From: Solirubrobacteraceae bacterium | GTDB taxonomy: Bacteria; Actinomycetota; Thermoleophilia; Solirubrobacterales; Solirubrobacteraceae | NCBI GenBank assembly: GCA_045805485.1 | Contig: JBJMLC010000065.1 | Location: 16,395 to 80,394 of the forward strand | DNA length: 64,000 bases | Reading direction: 5' to 3' | In this document: positions 1 through 9,053 of the stretch, in pieces | Layout: each line of letters starts with the position of its first letter | Numbering within the stretch: position 1 is the first letter of the stretch | Made by a program: the position numbers and the translations under genes | The notes under the pieces: generated by a model | Databases searched by the model: none | Seen by the model: only the letters and a program-made list of their open reading frames with translations | Told to the model about the DNA's origin: nothing

Positions 1-255
1 GTGGTGGAGGGGCTCACGGGCTGCTTCTGGTCTGGAGGTCCTCGTGACCTGGCCAGAGTCGTGGCCGATTTCGACGATGCCGCGATCGAGACCCAGGCCT
101 GCGTGGGTAACGCGGCCCGGTTCGACGCCGCCGTCTTTCGCCGGAGAATGCTGGCCGAGGTCGAGGCGGCGATGCGCCAGGGCCCGCGGGGTCCCGACGA
201 GCGGATGCCAGGGCCGACCTCGATGCCCCGCAGCGCCGTCATAGACCGTCGATAA
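1..255 (+). CDS. C-terminal end of a glycosyltransferase (GT4-like), truncated by window edge
   Basis: VVEGLTGCF...ACVGNAARFDAAVFRRRM resembles the GT4 C-terminal tail; glycan-cluster context. Confidence 0.7.
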   Translation: MVEGLTGCFWSGGPRDLARVVADFDDAAIETQACVGNAARFDAAVFRRRMLAEVEAAMRQGPRGPDERMPGPTSMPRSAVIDRR

Positions 256-281
256 CGCGGCTGCCGTAGGGTGCGCCGGCG

Positions 282-1793
282 ATGACTTCGGGTCCGCCTG
301 CGCTGCTGCGCGTCCGTGCCGGGCTGCTGATCAGCGCCCGCATCACACTGCTGTTCAGCCCCACCGCACTGGCGTTTTTCGCCGGCGGTTATTTCGATGA
401 GGCCCGGGCCTGGGCGGGACTGGTGGCCTGGCTCCTGGTGGCGGTGGCGGTGGGTCTGCGGGCCGGGCCGGCGCCCCGGGGGCGCGCAGCCTGGGTGACG
501 ATCGCCGGGATGGCGCTGCTGGCAGCCTGGACCCTGGTCTCCATGGTCTGGGCGCCGCTGGCCGGGAGCGCCTACCACTCCGGGCAGCTGGTGCTCATCT
601 ACCTGGGCATTCTGGTGGCCAGCTTCCTGCTGCTGGCCTCGCCCGCCGCCCGAGTGTGGGTGGAGCCCGCGCTGGCCCTGGGGACGCTGATCGTGATCGG
701 CTACGCGCTATCCGAGCGGCTGCTCCCAGGCCTGCTGCACTTCTCACGGTCGATCAGCGCTCAGGGGCGCCTTGAGCAACCGCTCACCTACTGGAACGCC
801 ATGGGAGAGCTGGCCGCGCTGGGGTTCGTGCTCTGGGCTCGTCTGGCCGGCTCGGCCGAGCGCCCACGCTGGATGCGGGCCACGGCTGCGGCGGCCTGCG
901 CGCCCCTTGGGCTGGGCCTGTATCTGAGCTTCTCCCGGGGCGCCCTGTTCGCCTGCCTGGCGGGTCTGGTGGCGCTGCTCGTCGCAGCGCCCACGCGATC
1001 ACAGCTGCGGGCGTTGGCGGTGACCGTGCTGGCCGGTGTGGTGACCTCGGCGGTGATCGGCTCCCTGCACGGTTTCACCGCGTTCGCCGGAGGCCTCTCG
1101 GCACGTGAGCGTGACGGGGCGATCGCCATGGGCGTGCTCATCGCCCTGATGCTGGTTGCCGGAGCCGCGCAGTGGTTCGTGGCCCGCCGGGAGACCCGCG
1201 GGGTGGGGGAGGTCGCCGATCCGGACTCCCGGCGGAGCGGCGGGCTTCGATTACCGCGCGGTGCGCCCTGGATCGCGCTGGTCTTGGTCTGCGGCGGCCT
1301 GGCCGGGGCCATTCTGGTGGGGGCCAAGGAAACCACCACGGCCCCGGCACTCAGCAATGGGGTCAGCCGCCTGACCAGCCTTCAGAGCAATCGCTACGCC
1401 TACTGGCGGGTGGCTCTGCGCGCGTTCGGAGACGAGCCCGTGCGCGGCGTCGGCGGCGGGGGCTGGGCCGTGTGGTGGCTGCGCTATCGGACGGTGAACG
1501 CGTTTGCCCAGGACGCCCATTCCCTGCCCCTGCAGACGGCAGCCGAGCTGGGGCTTGTGGGGTTGGTGCTGCTGGGGATGCTGTTCGGCGGCGCGGCCGC
1601 GGTGGCCCGCCAGGTACATCGGGCCGCCCCGGCGCTGGCCGCTGGGCCGATTGCCGCCCTGGTGGCCTACGCCGTCCATGCGCCGCTGGACTGGGACTGG
1701 CAGATGCCCGCCGTCACGCTCGTGGCCGTCGTGCTCGCCGGGATGCTGCTGGGGGCTACAGCGCCTCCGCGATCCGCGGAGCCTCGCGCCTGA
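282..1793 (+). CDS. O-antigen ligase / Wzy_C family membrane protein
   Basis: Many TM segments; SFSRGA, NRYAYWRVAL, GVGGGGW and DAHSLPLQTAAELGLVG motifs typical of Wzy_C. Confidence 0.85.
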   Translation: MTSGPPALLRVRAGLLISARITLLFSPTALAFFAGGYFDEARAWAGLVAWLLVAVAVGLRAGPAPRGRAAWVTIAGMALLAAWTLVSMVWAPLAGSAYHSGQLVLIYLGILVASFLLLASPAARVWVEPALALGTLIVIGYALSERLLPGLLHFSRSISAQGRLEQPLTYWNAMGELAALGFVLWARLAGSAERPRWMRATAAAACAPLGLGLYLSFSRGALFACLAGLVALLVAAPTRSQLRALAVTVLAGVVTSAVIGSLHGFTAFAGGLSARERDGAIAMGVLIALMLVAGAAQWFVARRETRGVGEVADPDSRRSGGLRLPRGAPWIALVLVCGGLAGAILVGAKETTTAPALSNGVSRLTSLQSNRYAYWRVALRAFGDEPVRGVGGGGWAVWWLRYRTVNAFAQDAHSLPLQTAAELGLVGLVLLGMLFGGAAAVARQVHRAAPALAAGPIAALVAYAVHAPLDWDWQMPAVTLVAVVLAGMLLGATAPPRSAEPRA

Positions 1794-2601
1794 AGATCAC
1801 CACGGCCAGCACACAGGTTGCGACGTACAGGCCGATGGAGATGGCGAGCCGCACCGGACCGCCGGCAGCGGCGGATCCCGGCAGCGGCGCCTGCGGATCG
1901 GTGATGGCCCGCTGAACCACGCAGAACAGCGGCGTCAGCGGGTTGAGCGCGATGATGTCGCGCAGGGTGGCGCTGGGAGCAGACAGCGGGTACAGGACCG
2001 GGGTGGCGTAGAACAGCGCCATCGCGAAGACGCCCCAGATGATCGACACATCCCGGAACCTGGGGTAAAGAACCGAAAGGATCATCGAGACGGCGCTGGT
2101 CAGGACGAACAGCGCCAGGAGCACCGGGACCAGCAGTAGCCAGGATGGCGCCGGGGACAGCCCAAAGCCCAGCACGAACACGAAGGCGACCCCGAGGCTC
2201 AGGGTGAAGTTGAACAGGGTGGTGAACACCACGGCCAGGGGGATGACCAGGCGCGGGAACTGCGTTTTTCGCACCACCGCCTCGTGGCCCACGATCGACC
2301 CCACGGCTCCCAGGGTGGCCTCCTGGAAGAAGCCGAACAGCACCACGTTGAGCAGCAGGAACACGGGATAGTGCGCGACCTTGGAGTTGAAGTGGAACAC
2401 GTGCGTGAACACCACCAGCAGGACCCCGAAGGTGAGGAGCGGCCGCATCAGCGACCACAGATACCCCAGCGCGGTCCCGAAGTACGCCCGCTTGAAGTCG
2501 GTGACCGCGATCACGTACAGCAGCTCCCACGACCGCCGGCTGCCCCCACCCAGCGCCGAGGGTCCCGGAACGTCACGCAGCTCGATCGCACCCTCGGTCA
2601 C
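1756..2601 (-). CDS. wzm: Polysaccharide ABC exporter permease (Wzm/TagG-like)
   Basis: TDFKRAYFGTALGYLWSLMRP, FYATPVLYP, LNPLT motifs; GTG at 2601 overlaps the wzt stop (GTGA). Confidence 0.9.
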   Translation of the reverse strand: MTEGAIELRDVPGPSALGGGSRRSWELLYVIAVTDFKRAYFGTALGYLWSLMRPLLTFGVLLVVFTHVFHFNSKVAHYPVFLLLNVVLFGFFQEATLGAVGSIVGHEAVVRKTQFPRLVIPLAVVFTTLFNFTLSLGVAFVFVLGFGLSPAPSWLLLVPVLLALFVLTSAVSMILSVLYPRFRDVSIIWGVFAMALFYATPVLYPLSAPSATLRDIIALNPLTPLFCVVQRAITDPQAPLPGSAAAGGPVRLAISIGLYVATCVLAVVIFRREAPRIAEAL

Positions 2602-3875
2602 GAGCCGTCGCTCTCCAGGACCGAGGCCACGACGTCGGAATCGATCGTGACCAGCCCATCGCGCATCCCGGTGCCGTAGACCACGAAGTCCAGCAGCCGC
2701 AGGCCCTGCACGGCCACCACGCTCTGGCTCTCGTTCTGGCGCACCCAGCAGTCCAGGTAGTAGCGGCCGGGCACGAGCCGGTTCTCGATCTCTCCGGTCA
2801 GGCGCATCCGGCCAGCTGGGGACACGCTCGCCCCGAGCACGGTCTCGAACCCGCACACCACCAGCCCGTCGTCGTTGCGGATGTAGAAGTCGAACTGGGG
2901 CTCCTCGAGTGCCCGGGCGGCCTCGAGCACCACGTCAATCCGGATCGGGTCATCCCGCTCGACGTTCTCGGTCGTCATCCCGGTCCCGTCCAGGAGCGTG
3001 GCGCTGACGATCTTGGCGTTGAAATCGATCGTCCGCTCTCGCTCACCGGGCGCTCGGGCGGGGCCGGCGAAGTTCAGCCGGTAGTAGCGCAATGCCGTGG
3101 CATCGGGATCCCCGATGTACCTGATCTCTCCTTCGTCGAGGAGCATCGCTCGGTCGCACATCGACTGGACGGTGCTCATGTCGTGGGTGACCAGGACCAT
3201 GGTCTTTCCCGCTGCCCGTCGCTCATGGAAGACGTCCATGCACTTCTGGGCAAATGAGGCGTCACCCACCGCCAGCACCTCGTCGATGAGCATGATGTCG
3301 GCGTCGGCCTGCACCATCACCGCGAATGCGAAGCGGACCATCATGCCCGAGGAGTAGTTCTTGAGCTTGAGGTCGGCGAAGTCCTCCAGTTCGGCGAACT
3401 CAATCATCGAGGCCAGCCGGCGCTGGGCCTCCCGGCGCGTCAGCCCCATCAGCACGCCGTTGAGAATCCCGTTCTCGTACGCCGTCAGCTCGGGGTTCAG
3501 GCCCACCCCGAGCTCGATGAACGGAGCCATCTGGCCCGCGATCCGGACCCTGCCGGAGTCGGCCCCGTAGATGCTGGCCAGGATCTTCAGCAGCGTGCTC
3601 TTGCCGGAGCCGTTCCGGCCCACGATGCCGAAGAACTCCCCCTGGTGAACCTCGAAGGAGACCGCCCGCAGAGCCTGCAGTGTCCTGTGCTTCATGCGGG
3701 TCAGCGGATGGACCGCCCGCTCCTTGAGCGACTCGACCCGGTGCTCGGGAATGCGGAACGTCTTGTGGAGGTCTCTGACCTCGATCACCACCGGACCCAG
3801 GGGTCGCTCGGCCGGTGCGGGGGCAGCGGTTGGCTCGGGGCGCTGTTCGGCAAATGGCTGGCTCTGAGAGGACAT
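2598..3875 (-). CDS. wzt: Polysaccharide ABC exporter ATPase with C-terminal Wzt_C-like domain
   Basis: Walker A GRNGSGKST, signature YSSGM, IDEVLAVGD, plus a ~150 aa beta-rich C-terminal extension. Confidence 0.92.
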   Translation of the reverse strand: MSSQSQPFAEQRPEPTAAPAPAERPLGPVVIEVRDLHKTFRIPEHRVESLKERAVHPLTRMKHRTLQALRAVSFEVHQGEFFGIVGRNGSGKSTLLKILASIYGADSGRVRIAGQMAPFIELGVGLNPELTAYENGILNGVLMGLTRREAQRRLASMIEFAELEDFADLKLKNYSSGMMVRFAFAVMVQADADIMLIDEVLAVGDASFAQKCMDVFHERRAAGKTMVLVTHDMSTVQSMCDRAMLLDEGEIRYIGDPDATALRYYRLNFAGPARAPGERERTIDFNAKIVSATLLDGTGMTTENVERDDPIRIDVVLEAARALEEPQFDFYIRNDDGLVVCGFETVLGASVSPAGRMRLTGEIENRLVPGRYYLDCWVRQNESQSVVAVQGLRLLDFVVYGTGMRDGLVTIDSDVVASVLESDGS

Positions 3876-3910
3876 TTACACTCGTCCGCGATGCAGCGAA
3901 GGCGCGAGGG

Positions 3911-4864
3911 ATGATCGCATTCGGCACCTCCATCACCAAACCCGAGATCTACGCGCAGTGCGCGGAGCCCGGGATCTCGCGGGCTGTGGAGCCGGGCTCG
4001 GACGTCTTCGCCATGCCGTCCGTGGGGTCGATCTTCCGCTCCTACAACGCCCTGCTGGAGCACTTCGCCCCCCGCCCGGACCTGGAGGCCCTGGTGCTCG
4101 TCCACCAGGACGCGGAGATCGTGGACAGCGACTTCTGCGGGATCGTCCGGCGCGCGCTGGAGGATCCGGATGTCGGCGTTGTGGGCTGCGTGGGGGCGGT
4201 GGGCGTGCGGAGCATCGCCTGGTGGGAGGCCTCGGTCACCTGCGCGTCCTTCATCAACCGCTACGACGAGCACGGCGGCGGCGAGCTGCCGTCCTTCTCC
4301 TGGGCCTGGAGTGACGCCCCCGCCTATGCCCGCATGGGCGATGTCGAGACGATCGACGGGTTTGTGATGGTGCTCTCGCCGTGGGTGGTGCGCAACATCC
4401 GGTTTGACGAGCACCTGGGGTCCTTTCACGGCTACGACCTTGACCTCTGCCTTCAGGTTCGCCAGGCCGGACGCAGGGTGAAGACGGCCGACTTCCGAGC
4501 CATCCACCACCGGCAGCTGGACATGGTTCCTGACCCGGAGCAGTGGATCGACGCTCACGTGAAGCTGGCCGACAAGTGGGACGGGCAGATGGGGATCGGG
4601 ACGGGGGCGGGAAGCTGGAGGGACCGAGCTCTGCGGGCGGAGGCCGACACCGATGCCGCCCTCCTGCTGGCCCACATGAACACACTGGAGTCAGACGCCC
4701 GGGTGGATGAGCTGGACCGTGGTCTGACCGAGACCAGAACGAGCATCTCCTGGCGCCTCACCGCGCCCCTGCGCCAGCTGCCCGTGCGGGCCCCCAAGCG
4801 CCGCCGGCCCGAGCTCACCCCCCGCCGGCTCTCCGAGGGTCTCAAGAGCCCAGACACCCCTTGA
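3911..4864 (+). CDS. GT2-like glycosyltransferase (Glyco_tranf_2_5 type), paralog 1
   Basis: SIFRSYN, LVHQD, VETIDG, FDE..FHGYDLDLCLQ; C-terminal SWRLTAPLR; ATG at 3911 matches the paralog start. Confidence 0.8.
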   Translation: MIAFGTSITKPEIYAQCAEPGISRAVEPGSDVFAMPSVGSIFRSYNALLEHFAPRPDLEALVLVHQDAEIVDSDFCGIVRRALEDPDVGVVGCVGAVGVRSIAWWEASVTCASFINRYDEHGGGELPSFSWAWSDAPAYARMGDVETIDGFVMVLSPWVVRNIRFDEHLGSFHGYDLDLCLQVRQAGRRVKTADFRAIHHRQLDMVPDPEQWIDAHVKLADKWDGQMGIGTGAGSWRDRALRAEADTDAALLLAHMNTLESDARVDELDRGLTETRTSISWRLTAPLRQLPVRAPKRRRPELTPRRLSEGLKSPDTP

Positions 4865-5799
4865 TCGCGTTTGGGTCCTCGATCAGTGGTGCCGAGGCGT
4901 ACCGACGCTACGCCGAGCCCGGCATCCGGCGGGCGGCGGAGCCGGACTCCGAGGTCCTGGCGTACGCCGCTGTGGAGCCCGTCGGCCGGACCTACAACCT
5001 GATCCTGGAGGCGGCGGCCAGGATCCAGGGGCTGGAGGCGCTGGTGCTGGTGCATCCGCACACCGAGATCGCCGATGACGGTCTGGGTGAGAAGGTGCGT
5101 CTGGCCCTGTCGGACCCGCAGGTCGGCGCGGTGGGGTGTGCCGGGGCCAGGAACGTGACGAGCATCGCCTGGTGGGAAGGTGAGGTGGTGGCCGGGGATG
5201 TCCGCCAGCGTTATGAGGAGCACGGCGGCGGCGAGGTTCCCGCGGCCCGATGGGCCAAGCGGATCACCCCTCCGGCCGAGGTCGAGGCGCTGGACGGGCA
5301 GCTGCTGGTGCTCTCGCCCTGGGCGGTCCGCAACATCCGCTTCGACGAGGCCCTGTTGCTCAGTCACGGATTCGACCTGGACTTCAGCCTCCTGGTCCGC
5401 CAGGCCGGCAAGAGGCTGGTGGTCGCCGATCTGGCGGTCGTCCATCATCGGCCCATCGAGCAGGTGGGCGACCTGGCGGTATGGGTCCAGGCGCACATCG
5501 AGATGGCCGAGAAGTGGGACCAGGTGCTCCACGACCCACCGGCGGACGAGCCAACCTGGAAGCGCCGGGCCAGACAGGCGGAGGCCCGGCGGGAGGCGGC
5601 CCGAGCCATCGCAATGTCAGAGTCGCTCAGGCTGGATGCCCGGGTGCTGGAGCTGGAGCGCCAGCTGGACGCGATGACCTCCACGGCGTCCTGGCGGCTC
5701 ACCGCGCCTCTGCGGGTGCTGAACCGCCTGCGGCGCCAGGCGAGGGGGCGGCGGGCCGAGACCGGCGACGACTACTCCGAACGCCGGCGCTGGGACTAA
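4861..5799 (+). CDS. GT2-like glycosyltransferase (Glyco_tranf_2_5 type), paralog 2
   Basis: Colinear with 3911-4864 (MIAFG, SIAWWE, SPW.VRNIRFDE, SWRLTAPLR); TTGA overlap with upstream stop. Confidence 0.8.
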   Translation: MIAFGSSISGAEAYRRYAEPGIRRAAEPDSEVLAYAAVEPVGRTYNLILEAAARIQGLEALVLVHPHTEIADDGLGEKVRLALSDPQVGAVGCAGARNVTSIAWWEGEVVAGDVRQRYEEHGGGEVPAARWAKRITPPAEVEALDGQLLVLSPWAVRNIRFDEALLLSHGFDLDFSLLVRQAGKRLVVADLAVVHHRPIEQVGDLAVWVQAHIEMAEKWDQVLHDPPADEPTWKRRARQAEARREAARAIAMSESLRLDARVLELERQLDAMTSTASWRLTAPLRVLNRLRRQARGRRAETGDDYSERRRWD

Positions 5800-5822
5800 A
5801 CCATCTGCCATCCTCTCTGAGG

Positions 5823-7349
5823 ATGGATGGGCGCGATCGGCTCCTCAGCAGGAGCCAATTCCTGGCCTTCGCGGGCGGTGCCGCGGCCGGACTCCTCGGT
5901 CTGGCTGAGGGCGCGTGGGCGGCGCCCTTCCGAGGGCGGGCGCGTGGGGGAGGGGCCGCAGCGGCAGGACATAGGCACCGCGACACCCTGACCTTCCGGT
6001 CTCGCCCCAGGCTGCACCCGCCTCGCGTGACCGTGCGGTACGGGGGTCATGGGCCCTCGGACGCCGACGACGGGGTTTGGTTGCTGGCCCCGGGGACCAA
6101 CGGCGGGGGTCAGCCCGGGCCGCTCGTGCTGGATGCCCACGGCCGGGTGGTCTGGTTCAGGCCCCTGCGGGACGGGTATTTCGCCATGAACCTCCGCGTC
6201 CAGCGCTACCAGGGTCAGCCGGTGCTCACCTGGTGGGAGGGAAACCTTGCCGGGTTGGCGGAGGGAGTGATTGTGGACAGCTCCTATCGAGAGGTGGCGC
6301 GGGTGCGGGCGGGCAACGGCCACCAGATCGATCCGCATGAGTTCCTCCTCACCCCCCAGGGCACGGCGCTCATCACCTGCTCGCCCTCGACAGTGTCCCA
6401 TGACCTGACCCCGGTGGGCGGCGCGAAGGACGGGCAGGTCTACGAGTCAGTCATCCAGGAGGTGGATGTCCAGACGGGCCAGGTGGTGATGGAGTGGCAC
6501 AGCCTGGACCACGTGGCCGTCTCAGAGTCATACATGGCGCCTGGCGGCGTCTACGACTACTTGCATGTCAACTCGATCGACATGGCACCGGACGGCCACC
6601 TGCTCGTCTCAGGACGCCACACCTGGGCGCTGTACAAGCTTCACCGGTCAACGGGCGAGGTGATCTGGCGTCTGGGCGGCAAGCGCAGCGACTTCTCCAT
6701 GGGCCGGGGCACCAGGTTCACCTGGCAGCATGACGCCCGGCACGTGGGGGACGGGAAGATCACCGTCTTCGACAACGGCGCGGCCGTGTTCAACTTTGCT
6801 CAGCAGTGGCGTAAGAGCGAGTCGCAGTCACGGGCGCTGGCGCTGGAGGTGGACTCCGTGCGCCGGACGGTGCGGCTGGCGCGCCAGTTCCGTCATCACC
6901 CTCCGTTGCTCACGATCGGATACGGCAACGTCCAGACCCTGTCCGACGGAGACGTGGTGATCGGGTGGGGAAACGCCCCGGTGTTCACTCACCTGACGGC
7001 TCGGGGTGCTCCGCTGCAGGAGATCACCATTCCTGTGGCGTACTCCTCCTACCGGGCGCTGCGGCAGCACTGGAGGGGGATTCCGCATCGCCCGCCCGAC
7101 CTGGTCGCCGACCGCGACGCCAGCGGCCGGAGCACCACGCTGTACGCGAGCTGGAACGGAGCCACCGGGGTCTCAGCCTGGCGGGTGAGCGCGGGGGCGC
7201 ATCAGGGAGACCTGCGTCCGGTGGCCAGGAAGAAACGAACCGGGTTCGAGACCGCCATCGCCCTGACGAGCACGGAGGGCTACGCGACCGTCACCGCGCT
7301 GGACCGAGCCGGCCGGCCGTTGGCCACCAGCAGCGCGATCAAGCTCTAG
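5823..7349 (+). CDS. Arylsulfotransferase (ASST) family secreted protein
   Basis: LTWWEG, DPHEF, DYLHVNSID, WQHDAR, VFDNG, YASWNGAT motifs; Tat-like N-terminus LSRSQFLA...AWA; start re-called at ATG 5823. Confidence 0.85.
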   Translation: MDGRDRLLSRSQFLAFAGGAAAGLLGLAEGAWAAPFRGRARGGGAAAAGHRHRDTLTFRSRPRLHPPRVTVRYGGHGPSDADDGVWLLAPGTNGGGQPGPLVLDAHGRVVWFRPLRDGYFAMNLRVQRYQGQPVLTWWEGNLAGLAEGVIVDSSYREVARVRAGNGHQIDPHEFLLTPQGTALITCSPSTVSHDLTPVGGAKDGQVYESVIQEVDVQTGQVVMEWHSLDHVAVSESYMAPGGVYDYLHVNSIDMAPDGHLLVSGRHTWALYKLHRSTGEVIWRLGGKRSDFSMGRGTRFTWQHDARHVGDGKITVFDNGAAVFNFAQQWRKSESQSRALALEVDSVRRTVRLARQFRHHPPLLTIGYGNVQTLSDGDVVIGWGNAPVFTHLTARGAPLQEITIPVAYSSYRALRQHWRGIPHRPPDLVADRDASGRSTTLYASWNGATGVSAWRVSAGAHQGDLRPVARKKRTGFETAIALTSTEGYATVTALDRAGRPLATSSAIKL

Positions 7350-7382
7350 TGTCCTGGGTCGTCGGGTTTGCGGCTCAGGGCA

Positions 7383-8381
7383 CTAGCGCCGGTCGTCCAG
7401 TGCCTCACGCACGTCGGCTCTGGAGACCGGGGACTGTCCAGGAGCGATCCCGACCGATGCGCGCAGCCGGGACAGCCGCTCGGCCAGGGCGAAGGCGCTG
7501 GAGTGGGCCAGCCGGCCCAGCACCGCCCGCTGGCGGGTCAGCTGCTCCTGGAGCGCCCACAGCTCGTTCTGGAGGTGATGCTGGCGGGCGATCTGACTGA
7601 CCCGGTTGGCCTCCAGCCGGGTCAGCACCGGATGGCGATCCACAGGATCCAGCAGCGCGGACAGGGCCGCCGAGTACGAGCGGCGGGTGTCCCAGGCCAC
7701 CCCGAATCCGAAGAAGGCGGGTACCACCACCAGCCGAACCTGCTCGTGCTGGGCGACGAAGTCCTCTATTGCCGTCAGCACACCGTTGCCCGGGCCGCCC
7801 TCGTGGGCGGCAGACCCGGGATAGGGCAGGCCTGCCGGGTCAACGCCGGGGTTCCCGGGAGCGATGCCGCCGGCCCCCCCAACCGTGGGGTGACGCGCGT
7901 CTGCGGGAATCTGCTCCGGTGCGGCGTAGTCATCGCGCCGGCCATGAGGCCATCCGACGTCATGGAAGAGCAGGAGCGGCAGATCGCCCCCGCCGGCGCG
8001 CACCGCGATCAGCCGCAGTTCCTGGCTGACCGTGTAGTAGTTGTGATCCCCGTCGATCACGATGGCGTCGGGGAGTGGCGTCTCCGGGAGCGCCTGCAGA
8101 CTGGTCTGGCGAATCAGTTCCAGCCGGGGCTCCGTTTCCGCCAGCGCCTCCAATCCCGCCTGAGGAACCGGGTCGACCGCCGTAACCTGCGCCTGCGCTC
8201 CGTTGGCCCACCCGGCCAGCACCCGGGTGAGGTCGCCGGCGTAGGCGCCGATCTCCATCACCGACCTGGCCCCGGCGGCATCCAGGCAGGGCAGCATGAT
8301 CTCGGTCAGCTGAGCCATGGACACGCCCCAACGCTCCGGGTCGTGCAGGTAGGGATCGAAGTCGGAAGGCACGTCGCTCAT
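7383..8381 (-). CDS. Class I SAM methyltransferase (Methyltransf_24-like) with C-terminal coiled coil
   Basis: VMEIGAYAG, AVDP, IDGDHNYYTV, FHDVGWP, GVLTAIEDF. Confidence 0.8.
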   Translation of the reverse strand: MSDVPSDFDPYLHDPERWGVSMAQLTEIMLPCLDAAGARSVMEIGAYAGDLTRVLAGWANGAQAQVTAVDPVPQAGLEALAETEPRLELIRQTSLQALPETPLPDAIVIDGDHNYYTVSQELRLIAVRAGGGDLPLLLFHDVGWPHGRRDDYAAPEQIPADARHPTVGGAGGIAPGNPGVDPAGLPYPGSAAHEGGPGNGVLTAIEDFVAQHEQVRLVVVPAFFGFGVAWDTRRSYSAALSALLDPVDRHPVLTRLEANRVSQIARQHHLQNELWALQEQLTRQRAVLGRLAHSSAFALAERLSRLRASVGIAPGQSPVSRADVREALDDRR

Positions 8382-8430
8382 GGGCTCGTGGCGGCGAGTC
8401 TAGGACGCCCGCGCCAGGTACCCTCGGCTC

Positions 8431-9021
8431 ATGGTGATCGGGCGCCGCTTCGCCTGGGCTCACCTGCCTAAGACCGGCGGCGACGCCACGCAGGCCATGT
8501 TCACGGCTGTGCCAGGACTCGTGCGGTTCGCCGACCCGCCGGACTCCAATGACAAGCACATGCCCTTCTTCGGACGCGAGGCCGAGGTGGCCGGCAAGCT
8601 CCTGGTGATGAACATCCGGCGCCTGCCCGCATGGGTGCTCAGCGGGGCTCAGCACAAATCGCGCCACGGCGTGCATCCGGACTACCGGCCGGGTCCGCTG
8701 GAGTCCTTTGAGGAGATCAGCAGCCGCAGCGACGCCGATGACCTCCTGCGCTGGATGACCGATCACCAGCGCTTCCGGGTCGAGCGCTGGCTGCGCACGG
8801 AGCGGCTCGCCGAGGACATGCTGGCGCTGCTTCAGGATTTGGGGGAGGCCAGCGAGTCGGTCCGCGCGGCCGTGCTGGCCGTCGGCCAGGTCAACCAGGG
8901 GAACTACAGCCACGACCTCGTCGAAGGCTTCACCGAACCCCAGCTGGAGCGGCTGTACGGGCTCAACCCTGAATGGGCAGCCATTGAGCGCCGCGTGTAC
9001 GAGGGTCTCCCCATCGACTGA
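8431..9021 (+). CDS. Sulfotransferase-like protein
   Basis: N-terminal FAWAHLPKTGG resembles the 5'-phosphosulfate-binding loop; NIRR..WVLS and LRTERLAED resemble Sulfotransfer_2 motifs. Confidence 0.55.
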   Translation: MVIGRRFAWAHLPKTGGDATQAMFTAVPGLVRFADPPDSNDKHMPFFGREAEVAGKLLVMNIRRLPAWVLSGAQHKSRHGVHPDYRPGPLESFEEISSRSDADDLLRWMTDHQRFRVERWLRTERLAEDMLALLQDLGEASESVRAAVLAVGQVNQGNYSHDLVEGFTEPQLERLYGLNPEWAAIERRVYEGLPID

Positions 9022-9053
9022 TGCCGCCGTCCTGGGCGTCGTCCGGCCAGCGA

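Noticed and set aside
5250-5822. Long N-terminal extensions in the ORF track (also 9661-10200, 14410-14547, 18412-18906, 23365-23613, 33445-33804, 48578-48808)
   Set aside because: They overlap other genes or repeats and lack family motifs; downstream starts have better RBS, -10 or overlap support
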